From: the human T2T-CHM13v2.0 reference genome, Homo sapiens | Assembly: GCF_009914755.1 (NCBI RefSeq) | Contig: NC_060928.1 | DNA length: 64,000 nucleotides | Strand: one strand, 5' to 3' | Shown: piece after piece, positions 42,529-57,789 of the stretch | Numbering within the stretch: position 1 is the stretch's first letter | Layout: each line of letters begins with the position of its first letter | Made by a program: the position numbers and the translations under genes | Notes under the pieces: generated by a model | The model's input: the letters and a program-made list of their open reading frames with translations, nothing else | Told to the model about the DNA's origin: nothing | Database searches by the model: none

Positions 42529-44123
42529 GTAGGTAGATAATATGTTCATGTCCTTTTTATAAATATAAATAATATTATCTTAGGCTTTAAGGTCTGTTTA
42601 TGCTCAGATAAAATGGGAGTTTGGAAACCAAGAGCTTAGGACTGTACAAGAGTGATTTGTGCGTATCCTTGCTTGTCTATACTTATTTTCTGAGGTTCAT
42701 TTAAATGTGTATATTATTGTCTGTGAATAGGTGGGGTAGGTGGGGCTTAAAGAATAGTGATCCTATGGGGATCACCTTGACTGACAGGGGACTAAGTAAG
42801 CTGGGCTGACCGTCCTCAGAGGAGGGGCCAGAGTGATCTTGGGCCCTTCCTAGACCCAAATCAAGCAGCCATGTTCTGACCCCTCAAAACAGGGCCCTCG
42901 CAAATCCCTGTGCTGTGTTCCCGTCACCTTGTTTTGATTCTGGCTGCCTGTGCTTGCCTCACCTCCCCTGTTGAGAAAAATTTGATAATCGAATTATTCG
43001 TGCTGACCCATTTTCAAGAGGCTTTCAACCATATTGATGAATATTTGCTGGGAATAGGAGTCACCCTGACATTTCAAATATATCACAAGGTGGCACTGGG
43101 AGAGGGCAAAGATAGAACTATCAGGAACAGGGGTGAGAACATAGAACAACTTATGATCAGTAAAAGAAACTAAGACATTTCTGAATTGACTTATTTGGGG
43201 GGAGTTAGAGAATACAAAATAGGTAAACTAAAATGTTTTCAGGAAAAGTTTATGGATCAAAATATTTATAAATATCTTTTTGCTTTAAAATAAGAATAAT
43301 TAAATGGAATGGCTGTTTAAGTAGAAACTAAGTAATTATAATGTTAATGACATGTGCAGTAAGCTAATAATTTAGTCAGGTGCTGAGTTGAATGACATCT
43401 AGGGTTGTTTTTTCTCCCCCACATCTTTTTTTTGATTTGCCACCCATTAATTAATCTTCCCTAGTTAGTAACTAACAAAAAAAAATAAGAAAAATCAAAA
43501 TTACAAAATACAGTGGGAACTTTTTTTTTAAGGAAACCATTGTTCCTGCAGAGTGCTTTCCTTTGCGTAGCTAAGACCTGGCAACAATCACCATCATATA
43601 TTATCAGCAAGGATTTCAGGTGTTAATTTACATTCCTATCTCATCCACAAAGATAATTAAATGAGAGATGCATGTCTCATATTTTTATAGATCTATAGGG
43701 ATTTTCTGAATACCATAGGATTGCATCATTGGTAGAGAAATTAACAATGACAGAAATTTTTAAAGGCTCAGGGACAAATTGCTTAAAGGATAGTTTCCCC
43801 TTCTAGTTCCCCAGCCCATCAGAAACTAAATTGGTTCTATGCAAACACGACTTTTCAGGGTTACTGCTGTCCATTTGTAACATGAGATGTCTGGAGGATT
43901 ATTAATGTATCTTTAAAGGACTTTTTTTTTTTTTTTTTTTGGCCTTTGTCACCTTCCCGTCTCCCATAGAATCCTTGTGAACACACTGCTGTTCCCGATG
44001 CCTTCCTCCCTTTCTCCTTAAATACTAAGCGGGGAAGGCAGTGCCTGGGAAGAACATTCCCATGGACTGGCAAATGGCCAACACTGGGTAGGGCACAGCT
44101 TCCATCTATCCTCTCCCGGGGGG

Positions 44124-44133
44124 CTATTTTTAA
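44124..44133. promoter_or_regulatory. MEF2 consensus site within a non-repeat CpG-enriched patch
   Basis: CTATTTTTAA fits YTA(W)4TAR. Confidence 0.4.
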
Positions 44134-45984
44134 AGGCTGTCCTTTTCTCTTCAAAGCCTTAGTAGTTTGGGGAATGTCCAGCATTTGAACCAGGATGAAG
44201 AGTTTTTTTTATTTACAAAGCTGTATTCTGTCGAAAGGAGAAAGGAGAGGAGGTGCAGGAAGCGTTCAGCGGTTTTACGCTTCCTTTCCATTCTCTGGAG
44301 CCCGCTGCATCCCAGGCTCTCTCTGTTGAAGTGCTGCGTGCCCACAGTTCTGCAGTGGGGTCCTGGGAGCACGAGCGCTCAGCTGCTGCAGCCCCAACCC
44401 GCCGCCACCTTGCTCTTGCTGCAGTCATCACTCAGGGCAGCAGCAGCATGACGCACAGGAGCTTTACATCTTTCTTGAAGGTCTGGCCTTGAAAAGAATG
44501 AACTCGCCTCTCAATTCTGGGTTCCTAAAACCATGCCAACTTAAGAAGAGTGTGTTCTTTTGTGCTTTATTTAATCTCCTGGGTACTTAAGTGTTTCAAG
44601 AAGTGGCCTGGGTTTCTGCGTTCCTCTCCCAAGCCTGTCCGAGAACATCAGCTTAAGTCATTTTAAGGAATGCAATAAGGAGAATGTGTGAAGCCAGGAA
44701 AAATGCCTAGAGGTAAAAAAATGTTGACGTGGCTACTTTTCCTGATCCACATGTAAAATATATATATTTTTTTACTGTTGTCAAAAGTAGGCCAACAGCA
44801 GAGGAGACATGCTGCATTTCTAGCGGTTTTAGAAATGCTGTCAGGATAAAGTGTGGAGTTGAGTAAAAGTTTCCAGAGGCCTGGTTACATTAGAGCTTGC
44901 ATGTTGTGCAAGCTGAAACTCACCTCTCAGAGCACCTTTCTCTTCCAGACCTCTTCTGTCCTTTGCTGCCCTTTCAACTCTCATTCTTTGTTTGGATACT
45001 AATTAAGGTCACTGAAAATGATTTCCCAGTGGTTTGAAAAATCCAGGAACCAAGAAACATCTATTAGGCAGGAAGCTCGGGATTGTGGTGCTTTGAGTTT
45101 ATGTTCCGTTGAGATAAAGATTATAAGTGAATTTTTTACCCTGTTGATTTTGAAACTACAATTTTTCTTTACCTCTATAATATGACTATTAGCAGTGTAA
45201 CCGATCCCTTGATTACCTGGGAATGCATAACACTGTGGTCTGAGCACTTGGGTCTAGTCGTAAGAGGCTAGATTCCTTGATTGTTGTGATCCCAGGATGC
45301 TAAATTAGATTTTTAAAGTCCACCTCTATCTTGATTTTTTCGTGAACTACTCCTTTCTTGGAGATAAGTTATCATCAGGTCCTCAGTGGCTTTTCCTACA
45401 CAGCAGCCACTTAGTGATCATTCACCATTGCTTCTTCTTTATGTCTTTCCAGCTCCATTTCCATTTCCATCACCTTAGCTCTTTGTGCCTTTATTGCTCC
45501 ATGTATGCAACTTACTTTAACCTAAGTAGTGGCTTTTCAAGACAGCATTCATCCTCACCTCTGTGCACCCCCAGCACTCTTCACAAATTCCTACAACACA
45601 CAAGCCATCTTGTGAAGCATTTCCCTATCTGTATTTCTAAAACAGTGCTGTCAAGCAACTTTCCACAGCTCAAAGATTTTTATGATCCCCTATTGCTCAC
45701 AGGAGGAAGTCCTATTTCAAGTAACTATAAAGGCCCTCTAACAAATTCTAACAATTCCCTGGAGTATAAGCCCCCTAATTCCCCAGACTATTTCATCCTT
45801 TCTCCTAAACACATGTCCTACACCACTTCTTCATGTCTCTTCACTTTGTTTCCTCTGCTATGATGCTTTCTTCTCCATTGTCTATCTCAACTTTATGCTC
45901 TCTTCAAGGCATCACTGACTCTAATTTCTTCAGCAAGCTTTCTCTGTTTACCAATTATATGCTCCTAACTCTATAGCTCTTATG

Positions 45985-46299
<315 letters not shown>

Positions 46300-46384
46300 G
46301 ACAGCTCTTACATTTTACATATGCTGATTCTTGGCCACTGTATCCTAATAGCCACCTTGAGGTGCTTTATACGCGTTTGTAGTA

Positions 46385-46428
46385 TACACACATGCACATA
46401 TGCGTGCACATACACACACACACACATA
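46385..46428. repeat. Imperfect (CA)n
   Basis: Read directly. Confidence 0.75.
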
Positions 46429-47049
46429 TTCATTCCCAAAGTGGAGAATGGCAATAGGTCTATTCAATCAGGGATTCAAGATCGATTACAAACTGGTGAG
46501 GTACAGTGTTACTATCTATTCCCAGAATCCATAGGCAATAGAATGTCTTTACAGTGGTGGTGGACAAGACCAACATCCTCTTTAAAATTTGTTGTATGTT
46601 ATATATGTTGTAATCACATTTATGAAAATGGATTTGCCCAACAAAACACCACTATCCAAATCTATATAATTTTAAACTGCGTATAAGTGACTAGCTCATT
46701 AATTCATATATCAATGTTTTATGGAGCCTCTACCAAGTGGTGCTGGGAATGAGAAGGTAAACAAACAGGTTGTCTCAAATCTATGAATTCACAGACTCCT
46801 TGGAATAACGAAACATAAATAAGTACTTTGTGATAAGCACCACACCAAATTATCTATTAAGTTGTAGGTGCCCCTGAACAAAAGGCTGACCACAGGCTCC
46901 TGTGGAAACCCAGTGATTCACATAAACTAAAGGAAATCGGGTTTGGTCTTTGAAAGTTACAAAAAGACATTTTCTCCCATGTGATACTAAGACAATAGTG
47001 AGAATGCCTTGGAAAAAATTATGTTTGAATTCAATTAACATAACATAGT

Positions 47050-47250
47050 GAAAAATGAAAGACTTTTAGAATCATATGGAGCTGTGTTTGTATCCCAAAT
47101 CTGCCACTTTCTAGATGTGTGACCTCAGACAGGTCACCTGCCATCTTCAAATCTGTTTCCCTGTTTGTAGAAAAGGGACCCCCTTGTAGGATGTCTGTGA
47201 ATGCCAAATAAAGAAATACATGCAACTTGCCTGACTTGGAACCTAGTGTG
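47050..47250. mobile_element. MIR
   Basis: CTGCCACTT.CTAGATGTGTGACCTC...TCTGTTTCCC core. Confidence 0.75.
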
Positions 47251-48159
47251 TATAATTGCTCCAATGGTCAAAGACCTAGTCCACTGGGTCGCTATGTACA
47301 CCTTGTAACACTTTCTTAATCCTTCCTAGCATTTATTATTCTCCTTCCTTCCCCCCTCTGACTTTGAAAAGAGTAAAGATTCTATCAACATTCACTGGTT
47401 ACGATAGACCCTGAGCTCCTTGGAGTAAAGGATTTCTATCTATATAATATTTTGTGGCTACTTAAAAAGTTTGTGATAGAGTGAAATAAGCTTTGCCTTG
47501 CTTTGTTTCTTAGTTCTGTACTAAAATGGATGTATTTTACTTTGATTTGCCCATTTGCTATGGGTGAATGTTCATTTTAATGGAAAATTCTTACCATCCT
47601 GGTGATACCAGGATTTATCCTGCTAGCAGAGTTGCAGTAAGCAGAGGATAAGTCAAGGCAAATTCCCACTATGGCTGAGTATGTGATCTGCAGACAAGAA
47701 GGGATAAGGAACTCAAAATTAATGGCACGACCCACGAACTATCAATGAGTTTCATTTGACATTGGAATTATTCATTTATTTTCTATAATTGGGGAGGTAA
47801 AGTGTTTTATTTCCATGCATGCATTTATTCCATAAATGTTTATGGAGCATCTGTGCGTCACCCATCTTGATAAGTTCCAGGGACATAAACAAAAGGCCTT
47901 GACTGTGGTAAAATAGAATTAAAGCTTTGGAGTCCTTTATACCTGGGACCCATCCCAGTGTGGTCCTTGTGTCTGTGGCACCTTGCCTAAACCTCTCCGA
48001 AGCTCATAGGATAGATATATAGTATGTAGCTGCTTTCTAATATTTATTATAATAATAATAAATGTAAAACAATTATTTCATTATAATAAATGTAAAAATA
48101 AAATCCTCTTTTGACTAGTCCAGCACAGGTTAGGCATCTAAATAAATAATTTCCATGCA

Positions 48160-49400
48160 AAATGTTAAGGAATAAAGAAACATATCAAGCTTTGGGTCTA
48201 GAGTAGGGGATGAGGCAATGGAATGTCAGTAAAGACTTCACAGAAGATGTATGAGTTGACTCTTACAGGATAAGGTTTCCTACACTGACTTACAAAGGCA
48301 GGACCTACCTTCTAGAAGGAGGCATGAAGACATGACAAGCAATACATAGTTCAGCATAGTTTGAGAGCATATTGTTTGTGAGGAAGCAGAAGAAATGAGA
48401 GTGGAGATGCCACAGTGCCTGGCACACAATGGATGCCACCTAAACATTGTTGACTGAATGGAAGATGAAGAGGCTGAGATCAGCTTGTGGGGATTTTATT
48501 TTATAAAAAGGAATGTGGTTGCAAAGACAAGCCAGTGGGCACCATTGGAAGAGGTAAAGCAGAAGAGCGGCATGATCCGATTGAAATATTACAAAGTCCA
48601 CCATGGCAGCACTTGGCTGGATTGGGAGCTCTGCTCTTCAAAAACTCATGGAAGAAATACTGAATATCTAATCTAATGCAGTGGTAAGGAGCTTGGAGGT
48701 GACCAGCATGGTGATTACATGAATAGCTTGAAGGAAGAGGAATGTAGGTTGATTCTCAGATGGCACTTCAATGTTTTGGGGGGATAGCTTGTACTGATAA
48801 CCAAAATTAGGATTAAAAGACACAGAACAGGTTTTAAAAAAGAGATGACTTATTCAGCTTTAGAAATTTTGAGTTTGAAAATATTGAGCTATCCATATTG
48901 AAGGTTCTACTGGGCACCTAGAAATCCAATGCTGGAGATTATAGCAATAGCCCAAATTGAGATACAAACCTGAGAATAATTAATATGTAGTGAAATTAAG
49001 TGGAGTCTAGTAGAGTAACTGTATCAGGTAAAGTAAAAACGGAGCTGAGGACAGAACCCAGACAACTATTAAAGAGTGTAGTAGTTAGCATAGTCAAGAA
49101 AGAGACTGACAAGGGCATTGAGAGGCAAAAATCATGTAACATGGGACGTGTCAGGAAGAAGAAGGAGACTGACAGTTTTAAAGGGAGTGAGACATGAAGT
49201 AATACAAAGAACAAATTTGGCTGTCAATGATTTACCAACTAGGAAGTTATTGGTGACTGTAGAAAAAAGCCATTTTATTGTTTTAACTGGGTCAAATATC
49301 AAATTGCAAAAGTTAGCAAGTGGATGGAAAATGATGAAAAGGAGACAGAGTCACATACTTCACTGGGAATTGAGGAGCAAAGAGAATATGTAGTTACAGG
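48160..49400 (-). mobile_element. Degenerate L2
   Basis: Purine-rich antisense-L2 motifs; boundaries approximate. Confidence 0.55.
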
Positions 49401-50499
49401 GCACAGAGTCTAAGAAGGTTTAGATTCATCTTTGCTTATTTATTTTCAAGAAGAATGAAATATGAATGTATCTATAGCATCACAGTCACTCACTTCATAG
49501 GCAGCCTCTAGCTATTGGCTCTATAAATCACATGTAAAGGGGGACCCTTACAAACCCTGAAGGCTGTGGTGGTTTCTCTCTTGTGTGCGCCACTGGAAAC
49601 AGCCACCTACCAGTATAATAAATTCACCTGTGTGATTTACGTTCTCAGTCTAGTGAAAAGTCACATCCTCGGTGATGCTTTATGACACACCAATGTACTT
49701 TCACAGGGAGGGGAGGTAGGCATGGTATTCATCACCGCCCAGAAATACTGGGGACGGTTTTGTCAGAGTGTGTGAAAACTTGCTGGGAGTTTAAATGGAC
49801 ATAGCTGGAACTGTTTGCATGACCCACATCCCAGGGAATATTGTAAATAGTGTGTCTTTTCTTCATGCTGCTGGCTGGGGGCAGCACATGACCTTTGTGC
49901 TTTTATGTTAATTTAAAATTTAAAGTTTCACTGCTCCCTCAAGGAAATTTTTAAATAAATCTGTTTTTTTAAAATGATTTTTCCCATCAATAGCTTTCCT
50001 CCCAAGGAGCATTCTTATGCAGAAGGGCAACCCACATCTACCATTTTAAGCCAGAAGTGTTTGGCACACTCTATTTCCAGTGCTACAGAATGGGGAGTAC
50101 ACGTCTATTAAAATTCTTTACTCATTCTTTGCAAGACCAGTTCTACAGCAGAAAATTCATTTTTCCACAGGAATTTTAAATCATATGTACATGTCTACAT
50201 GCCCTAAAACTTTTTTATATATTATACTGCTGTATTAAAGGCATCAGCTTTATATAAAGGAAATTGCTTTGGGGGGCAGCATGCTCATTGAAGCTCCAGA
50301 GTATTTTCCTTCTCTTTTTTTTTTTCTGACCTCCCCCAATTCCCAATTTATATTTTCTCAGCACAAATTATTTATCCTAATGTGATGGGAGGAATTGAGG
50401 TCAGAAAGCTAATAAATGGCAGGTGTCTTCCTCCATTGCTGTTTTCAGCCATTGTGCATACTACACAGTATTCTGTAATAGCCACTGAGTGGCTCTGAT

Positions 50500-50715
50500 A
50501 TCCCACCGCCTCGAACAAGCCTTAGCTCCACCATTTACTGCTGTGTGACATTTGGCAAGTTACTTGACCTTTCTGTGCTTCAAGCTCCTCCTCCTTAAAA
50601 TGCAAGGAATGGTGGTGCCTACCTCACAGGATGTTATGAGTTTTAAATGTGAGAAATGCAGGTAAACTGCCTGTAACATGCCTGGCATACATAAGTACAG
50701 CTTAGCTATTATCAC
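50500..50715. mobile_element. MIR (a second MIR lies at ~50860-51020)
   Basis: CATTTACTGCTGTGTGAC.TT.GGCAAGTTACTT core. Confidence 0.78.
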
Positions 50716-53550
50716 TTTTTAAAAGCACAAAAAATGTACATGATTTTTCTCAGTTGTAGAATGTACTAATATTTTTAATTATGAGAAAATGAGGACTCAT
50801 GACTGTGATTAAATAAAAAGGAAAAGGACTGATATTCAGGAATAAGCAAAGATTTTAAAGCTAAATAAATCTGGATGTGGACTTCCATTCTGCCACTTGG
50901 TGCTCTGTAACTAACCTCAGACAAATTATTTCATCTCTCTGAGCCCCAATTTTCCATGTATAAAAGGGAGAATGATAGTTACTTTATGTGTTTCTTATGA
51001 AGATGAGAGAATATTGTGAGGGACTCAGAATATAATAAATAATGAATTTAAGTTTCTCACTATAGTTTTAAAGTAAATTCTCATTTTATTATAAAGGCAA
51101 ACCTGCATGTACAAGAAAGTAAAAAGGAAACCGAATTCACGTCTAAAGCAAAACATCCCTTTCTTCATCGCTTCCTTGGGTTGTTGGGGAAAAAAAAATC
51201 CCGAAAGCTTTGAGAAAAGAATGTTTGACTGTTTTTCATTACCGTACAAACCCAAATATTGGAAGTTTGGTTCATGTTTGTAGCACACATGGTCATTGAA
51301 TTGCAACATCCTTAGTAGATTTTCTGTTGGATTTGGAGAGAACCCTTAGGTAATATATTCATCAATCCAAAGCAAAAATCGAAAGTAAAAAAAAAAAAAT
51401 CACACATACATAAAATTTATTCCCAAATGTCAACATATTATTTTCTTAAATGATCTACAAGTCTTTTAAAAGGTTATTTACTTAATTTTGTCAGGATAGA
51501 GTTCAAACAGTAGAGGCAAATAAGCATCACGTTTGTTTTCAAAGCTCTCCACAGAAAGGGTCAATATTCTCCAACCTAACCAGTTTGTAAACCTTATTAT
51601 TAAAACACTAGAATATCTCCAAAAGTTGTTACTACCATTGAATGGATTAGAATTTTGTTTTGCTGAAGGAACAGAAAACTGGCTTAAACACACATCAGCT
51701 TGTTTTTCTCACATTAAAAGCTATCTGGACAAAGGTGCTGCCAGTTTTGGATCAGTAGTTCAATAATTTTCAGCCTCAGCATGTCTGTTAATCTTTTAGC
51801 CTTTCCCTTGTGATTGTTGCCTAATGGACCAAAGATGACTGTAACAAGAGCCAGTATCATGCCCAAGTTGAAGACAGGCAAAAGGAGTGACTGACAATTA
51901 CAGATGTCTTCCCTTTTCATCAAGAAAAGCAAGTCTTCCTAAAGGTTACAAGAAGACTTATTGACATTGAACAGGACTATGCCACATGACCACCCCACTG
52001 CAAGGGAAATGGAAGAAGTATTTAATTTTCCAGCTTCTACAATGGAAATGTCAAGGGAGAATGGGGTGTGAGTGTCTGTTGGAGTTAGTGAATAATGTTT
52101 GATACACCATTATCAAGGATCTACTTGTTCTAAAATCTACAAACCAAGCTAACTAGACCTGTTATCTGCTCTAATCTTTATTGCCCTTAGAAAACACTAT
52201 TTCTAATTCTGCTTTATATACTTGAATATCGATACTAAGTTACTAAACATTATTTCCTAAATAGAATATATGTATTTCATTAGTGCTAAATTTGATACCA
52301 GGTGTAGAATAGTTGTGTTTCCTGTTATTGTTTCTACCTGAGCTAAGAATATTTTCTTTGGTAACAATTCGTTATTGCTTGAAATGTGACGGTTTTGCAC
52401 TACTGAGTCCATAAAGAAATTATTTTACAGGTGGGGAGGCAAAGCATCTGTTGGTATGATCAAATCCTTAATCTAATGCCTGTTAAATAATTCCCCACAC
52501 ATTCTGAAGTCTTACCTAATTTCAACATGCACCACTTACTTTTCTTCCCCTTTCATGAAACTCAGACCATTAAAATAATTTCATGACATTCATTCCATCT
52601 GGGAACAGTGGAGTCACATCTGCTTTGGCTGTTTTTTCCCCTCTTTCTCATAAGTTGATAATTTTTACCAAGCTACTACCTAATATTAATATATTTCAAA
52701 AGTATTATCTCTTAATTAGTGGAGTACTGAGGGTGAAATAGTGGCTGTTTTTGGCCTAGGTGTATACACCAAGGAATGTATGGTTTGTAGGTGTTGTAAA
52801 ATCATTAATAAATCTAACTAAAACTTGGCCTTCTTTTTATTGCCACCCTGTACTGCCAATTCTAAACAATGTACATGATAAAATACCCTACCTGTTAGGG
52901 CAAGCCACTGTGACCCACCTCTCCACTTCTAGTGTGCTCTGCTTTGTAAATTTCCATTTTTCACTTTCAAATAAGTTAATAGTTTAAGACAAGCAAACAT
53001 TGTCTGAAATATTTTATATGGGAGAAAATTCAGCGTTTCTTTTCCTGGTTTTATCACCATGATTACAGTCATGACATCACAACTTGAGTAAAAACAAAAG
53101 GGGAAAAAAGAAATAGGATTTAAATGCAAATTGGACATAAATATAAAACTGTAATAAAGGTAGAATTTGACTATTTTCTGCAGCATATTTCTGCTTTTAA
53201 GCTATTGAATACCATTCCCTTCCTAAAAGGAAAAAAATAAATGAAAACCCCAAACTCAAGTTACATTTATTACAGTTTTTCTTATTTCAAAATCGATATC
53301 TCAAACTCAGTGTTTCTATTTTGGTTTGTGCTAAGCATAGAATACAAGAAACAGGCAGCATAAGGTAAATCATACCATTTGAGGAATTGTATATAATGAA
53401 TTTGATTGTATAATAATGTGAAATACTGAATGTTAAGTGCTTGCTAGCATTCCAATCTTTGTTTTTCTGTTATATTGAATTAAAACAACAACAACAACAA
53501 AGTGGGAAGAGATAAATTTCCCAAGTTTACTGTGATCCTTTTTTTTTAAG

Positions 53551-53758
53551 GCATTTTTGGACAGAAACTGGAGGATACTGTTCGTTATGAGAAGAGATAT
53601 GGGAACCGTCTGGCTCCGATGTTGGTGGAGCAGTGCGTGGACTTTATCCGACAAAGGGGGCTGAAAGAAGAGGGTCTCTTTCGACTGCCAGGCCAGGCTA
53701 ATCTTGTTAAGGAGCTCCAAGATGCCTTTGACTGTGGGGAGAAGCCATCATTTGACAG
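53551..53758 (+). CDS. ARHGAP24: ARHGAP24 exon, start of the RhoGAP domain (208 bp); arginine finger codon CGA at 53682-53684
   Basis: PolyT-AAG acceptor, AG|GTAGAT donor; encodes (G)[68 protein letters not shown]; in frame with both upstream exons. Confidence 0.96.
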
Positions 53759-54946
53759 GTAGATGTCACAATTTTACTAGCCATCTTCACTGAGAAATTC
53801 AGACTCAACTGACAGGATGCAGTGAGCTGAGGAGGCATAACCTTGATTGATGTGGTAACAGTTTACAACATAGATTATTTGGCCACAGGAGTTTGCATTG
53901 TTTCTATTAAGTTACAAAGTCAAAAATTGGGCACCTTAGATATCTTTCTCTTCCATACTTTCCATCTTAAAACATTTTTTTTGTTCTTCTTCTTTGGTAC
54001 TAAAGTAAAACTGTATTAAACTTTTGCACTGGAAAAAGTGAATTTATAAAATAGGATTCTTCTCTTGCTTAATGTTTTTAAATTCTTTCTGTTAAGTAAT
54101 GTTAAAAGTATTATGAGTAGAGATTGAAATATTGGCAATGTAATTAAAAATAAGTATTTCAATAATAACAAAAGCATTATATTTTTAAATATATAGCTCT
54201 ACTTTAATCTAGAATAGTTTTACAGGGAAACAAGGAGAAGTACAGCATGGTGAAAATAAAAGAATAATGGCAGCCCCAGAGAAGAAAATATAAAGCACTC
54301 CTAACTCCACTAATAAAGAGTTAATCTGGCTAATATTTTGTGAATAATCTTCTCTTTACTTTTTGAAAGCTTAGTAGAAAAAATAAAATTTTATCTTAAT
54401 ATTATCAACATTATATACCAGAAATGTTTTCATATTAATAGTTGAAAAATACCCTTTTTTCTAATATATTTTAACTTAACATTTTACCATTAACAACTTC
54501 TATAAGCCTCTTTTTAAATATCTAATATTTCACTCTACAGGTATATTATTCACAACTATTTCAATATTGTTAGACATTTACATTATGACATTTTCATTAT
54601 TATAAATACTATTGTAGTGGATATACACTTGCATAAATACTTTCTATTTTTGGATTACTTAGGATAAATTCTCAGCATTGGAGTTTTTGGATAAGAGTAA
54701 TCCTGATGCTTGAAAATTAAAAATAGCCTACTGTCTTAGTCCATTCAGGCTGTCATAACAAAATATCATAAATGGAGTGATTTATAAACAAAATTTATTT
54801 CTGAAAATTCTGGATTCTGGAAAATAACAGTCAAGGCACTGGCAAATCCGTGTCTGATGAGGACTTGATCTCAGTTCATAGATGGCACCTTTTCACTGTG
54901 CCCTCAGATGGTGGAAGGTACAAGGCAGCTCTCTGGGGCCTCTTTT

Positions 54947-56124
54947 TATTTTATTTTATTATTCTTTAAGTTCTGGGATACATGAGCAGAACGTGCAGGT
55001 TTGTTACATAGGTATACACGTGCCATGGTGGTTTGCTGCACCCATCAACCCATCATCTACAATTAGGTATTTCTCCTAATGTTATCCCTCCTCTAATCCC
55101 CCACCCCACAACAGGCCTGGTGTGTGATGTTCCCCTCCCTGTGTCCATGTATTCTCATTGTGCAACTCCCACTTATGAGTGAGAACATGCGGTGTTTGGT
55201 TTTTTGTTCCTGTGTTAGTTTGCTGAGAATGATGGTTTCCAGCTTCATCCATGTCGCTGCAAAGGACATGAACTCATCCTTTTTTAAGGCTGCATAGTAT
55301 TCCATGGTGTATATGTGCCACATTTTCTTTATCTAGTATATCATTGATGGGCATTTGGGTTGGTTCCAAGTCTTTGCTATTGTGAACAGTGCTGCAATAA
55401 ACATACGTGTGCATATATCTTTATAGAAGACTGATTTATAATCCTTTGGGTATATACCCAGTAATGGGATTGCTGGGTCAAATAGTATTTCTGGTTCTAG
55501 ATCCTTGAGGAATCACCACGCAGTCTTCCACAATGGTTGAGCTAATTTACATTCCCACCAACAGTGTAAAAGTGTTCCTATTTTTCTACGTCCTCTCCAG
55601 CATCTGTTGTTTCCTGACTTTTTAATGATTGCCATTCTAACTGGCGTGAGATGGTATCTCATTGTGGTTTTGATTTGCATTTCTCTAATGACCAGTGAGG
55701 ATAAGCTTTTTTCCATATGTTTGTTGGCCACATAAATGTCTTCTTTTGCATAAATACTTTCTATTTTTGGATTACTTAGGATAAATTCTTAGCATTGGAG
55801 TTTTTGGATAAGAGTAATCCTGATGCTTGAAAATTAAAAATAGCCTACTGTCTACTTTTGAGAAGTGTCTGGTCATGTCCTTCACCCACTTTTTGATGTG
55901 GTTGTTTGTTTCTTGTAAAATTGTTTAAGTTCCTTGTAGATTCTGGATATTAGCCCTTTGTCAGATGGATAGATTGCAAAAATTTTCTCCCATTCTGTAG
56001 GTCGCCTGTTCACGCTGATGATAGTTTCTTTTGTTGTGCAGAAGCTCTTTAGTTTAATTAGATCCCATTTGTCAAATTTGGGTTTTGTTGCCATTGCTTT
56101 GGTGTTTTAGTCATGAAGTCTTTG
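54947..56124 (-). mobile_element. L1PA7-like, 5'-truncated, containing a 108-bp templated insert
   Basis: TSD TCTGGGGCCTCTTTT at 54932-54946 and 56125-56139; L1 3'UTR and ORF2 C-terminus. Confidence 0.92.
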
Positions 56125-56325
56125 TCTGGGGCCTCTTTTTTAAAAAATGTCTAAACCCAAATTTAATAAGTTGTAGATATAAGCCCAACGCGTGACCGTG
56201 GGTAATAACAAATCACAGTTTAGTTATAATTATGAAAATCATGAAATCAGAATGCAAACGAAAGCCTTTATAAGATGAACTTTATCAGTGATGACATGAA
56301 TATCATCATTAAAGATGGCTTAGTT

Positions 56326-56850
<525 letters not shown>

Positions 56851-56965
56851 GCCTAGGTTTCTATATGTCTCAAGGTTTGCTTTGTATTTAGAATAAATAG
56901 TGCAACGAGTGTAAATAACAAACAAATAAAATAACATTGTGCTTCTTAAAAGTTACATATGAAAA

Positions 56966-57286
<321 letters not shown>

Positions 57287-57370
57287 TTAAAATTACTAGA
57301 GACCTTAATATTTAAAATAAATGTATAGTTTGTCCTTTTCCTTTATAAAGTAAAAAATAATTTACTATTC

Positions 57371-57739
57371 TGTATTGGTCTGTTTTCATGCTGCTGATAA
57401 AGACATATCTGAGACTGGGTAATTTATATAGGAAAAAGGTTTAATTAATAACTTACAGTTCCACGTGACTGGGGAGGCCTCACAATCCTGGCAGAAGGCA
57501 AGGAGGAGCAAGTCGCATCTTATGTGGATGGCGGCAGGCAAAAAGAGAGAGCTTATGCAGGGAAAACTCTTGCTTTTAAAACCATCAGATCTCATGAGAC
57601 TCATTCACTATCATGAGAACAGCATGAGAAAGACCTGCCCCATGATTCAACCACCTCCCACCAGGGTCCTCCCGTGACATGTGGGAATTGTGGGAATTAC
57701 AATTCAAAATGAGATTTGGGACACAGCCAAACCATATCA
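57371..57739. mobile_element. THE1 solo LTR
   Basis: TG...CA ends, 5-bp TSD TATTC, THE1 core motifs. Confidence 0.9.
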
Positions 57740-57789
57740 TATTCCCTCATTTTTAAGGTTTTCTTTTTATTTAAAATGTATATTTTTTC

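Noticed and set aside
45342-45863. 173-aa ORF
   Set aside because: GTG start, pyrimidine-rich and probably decayed L2 sequence, no domain
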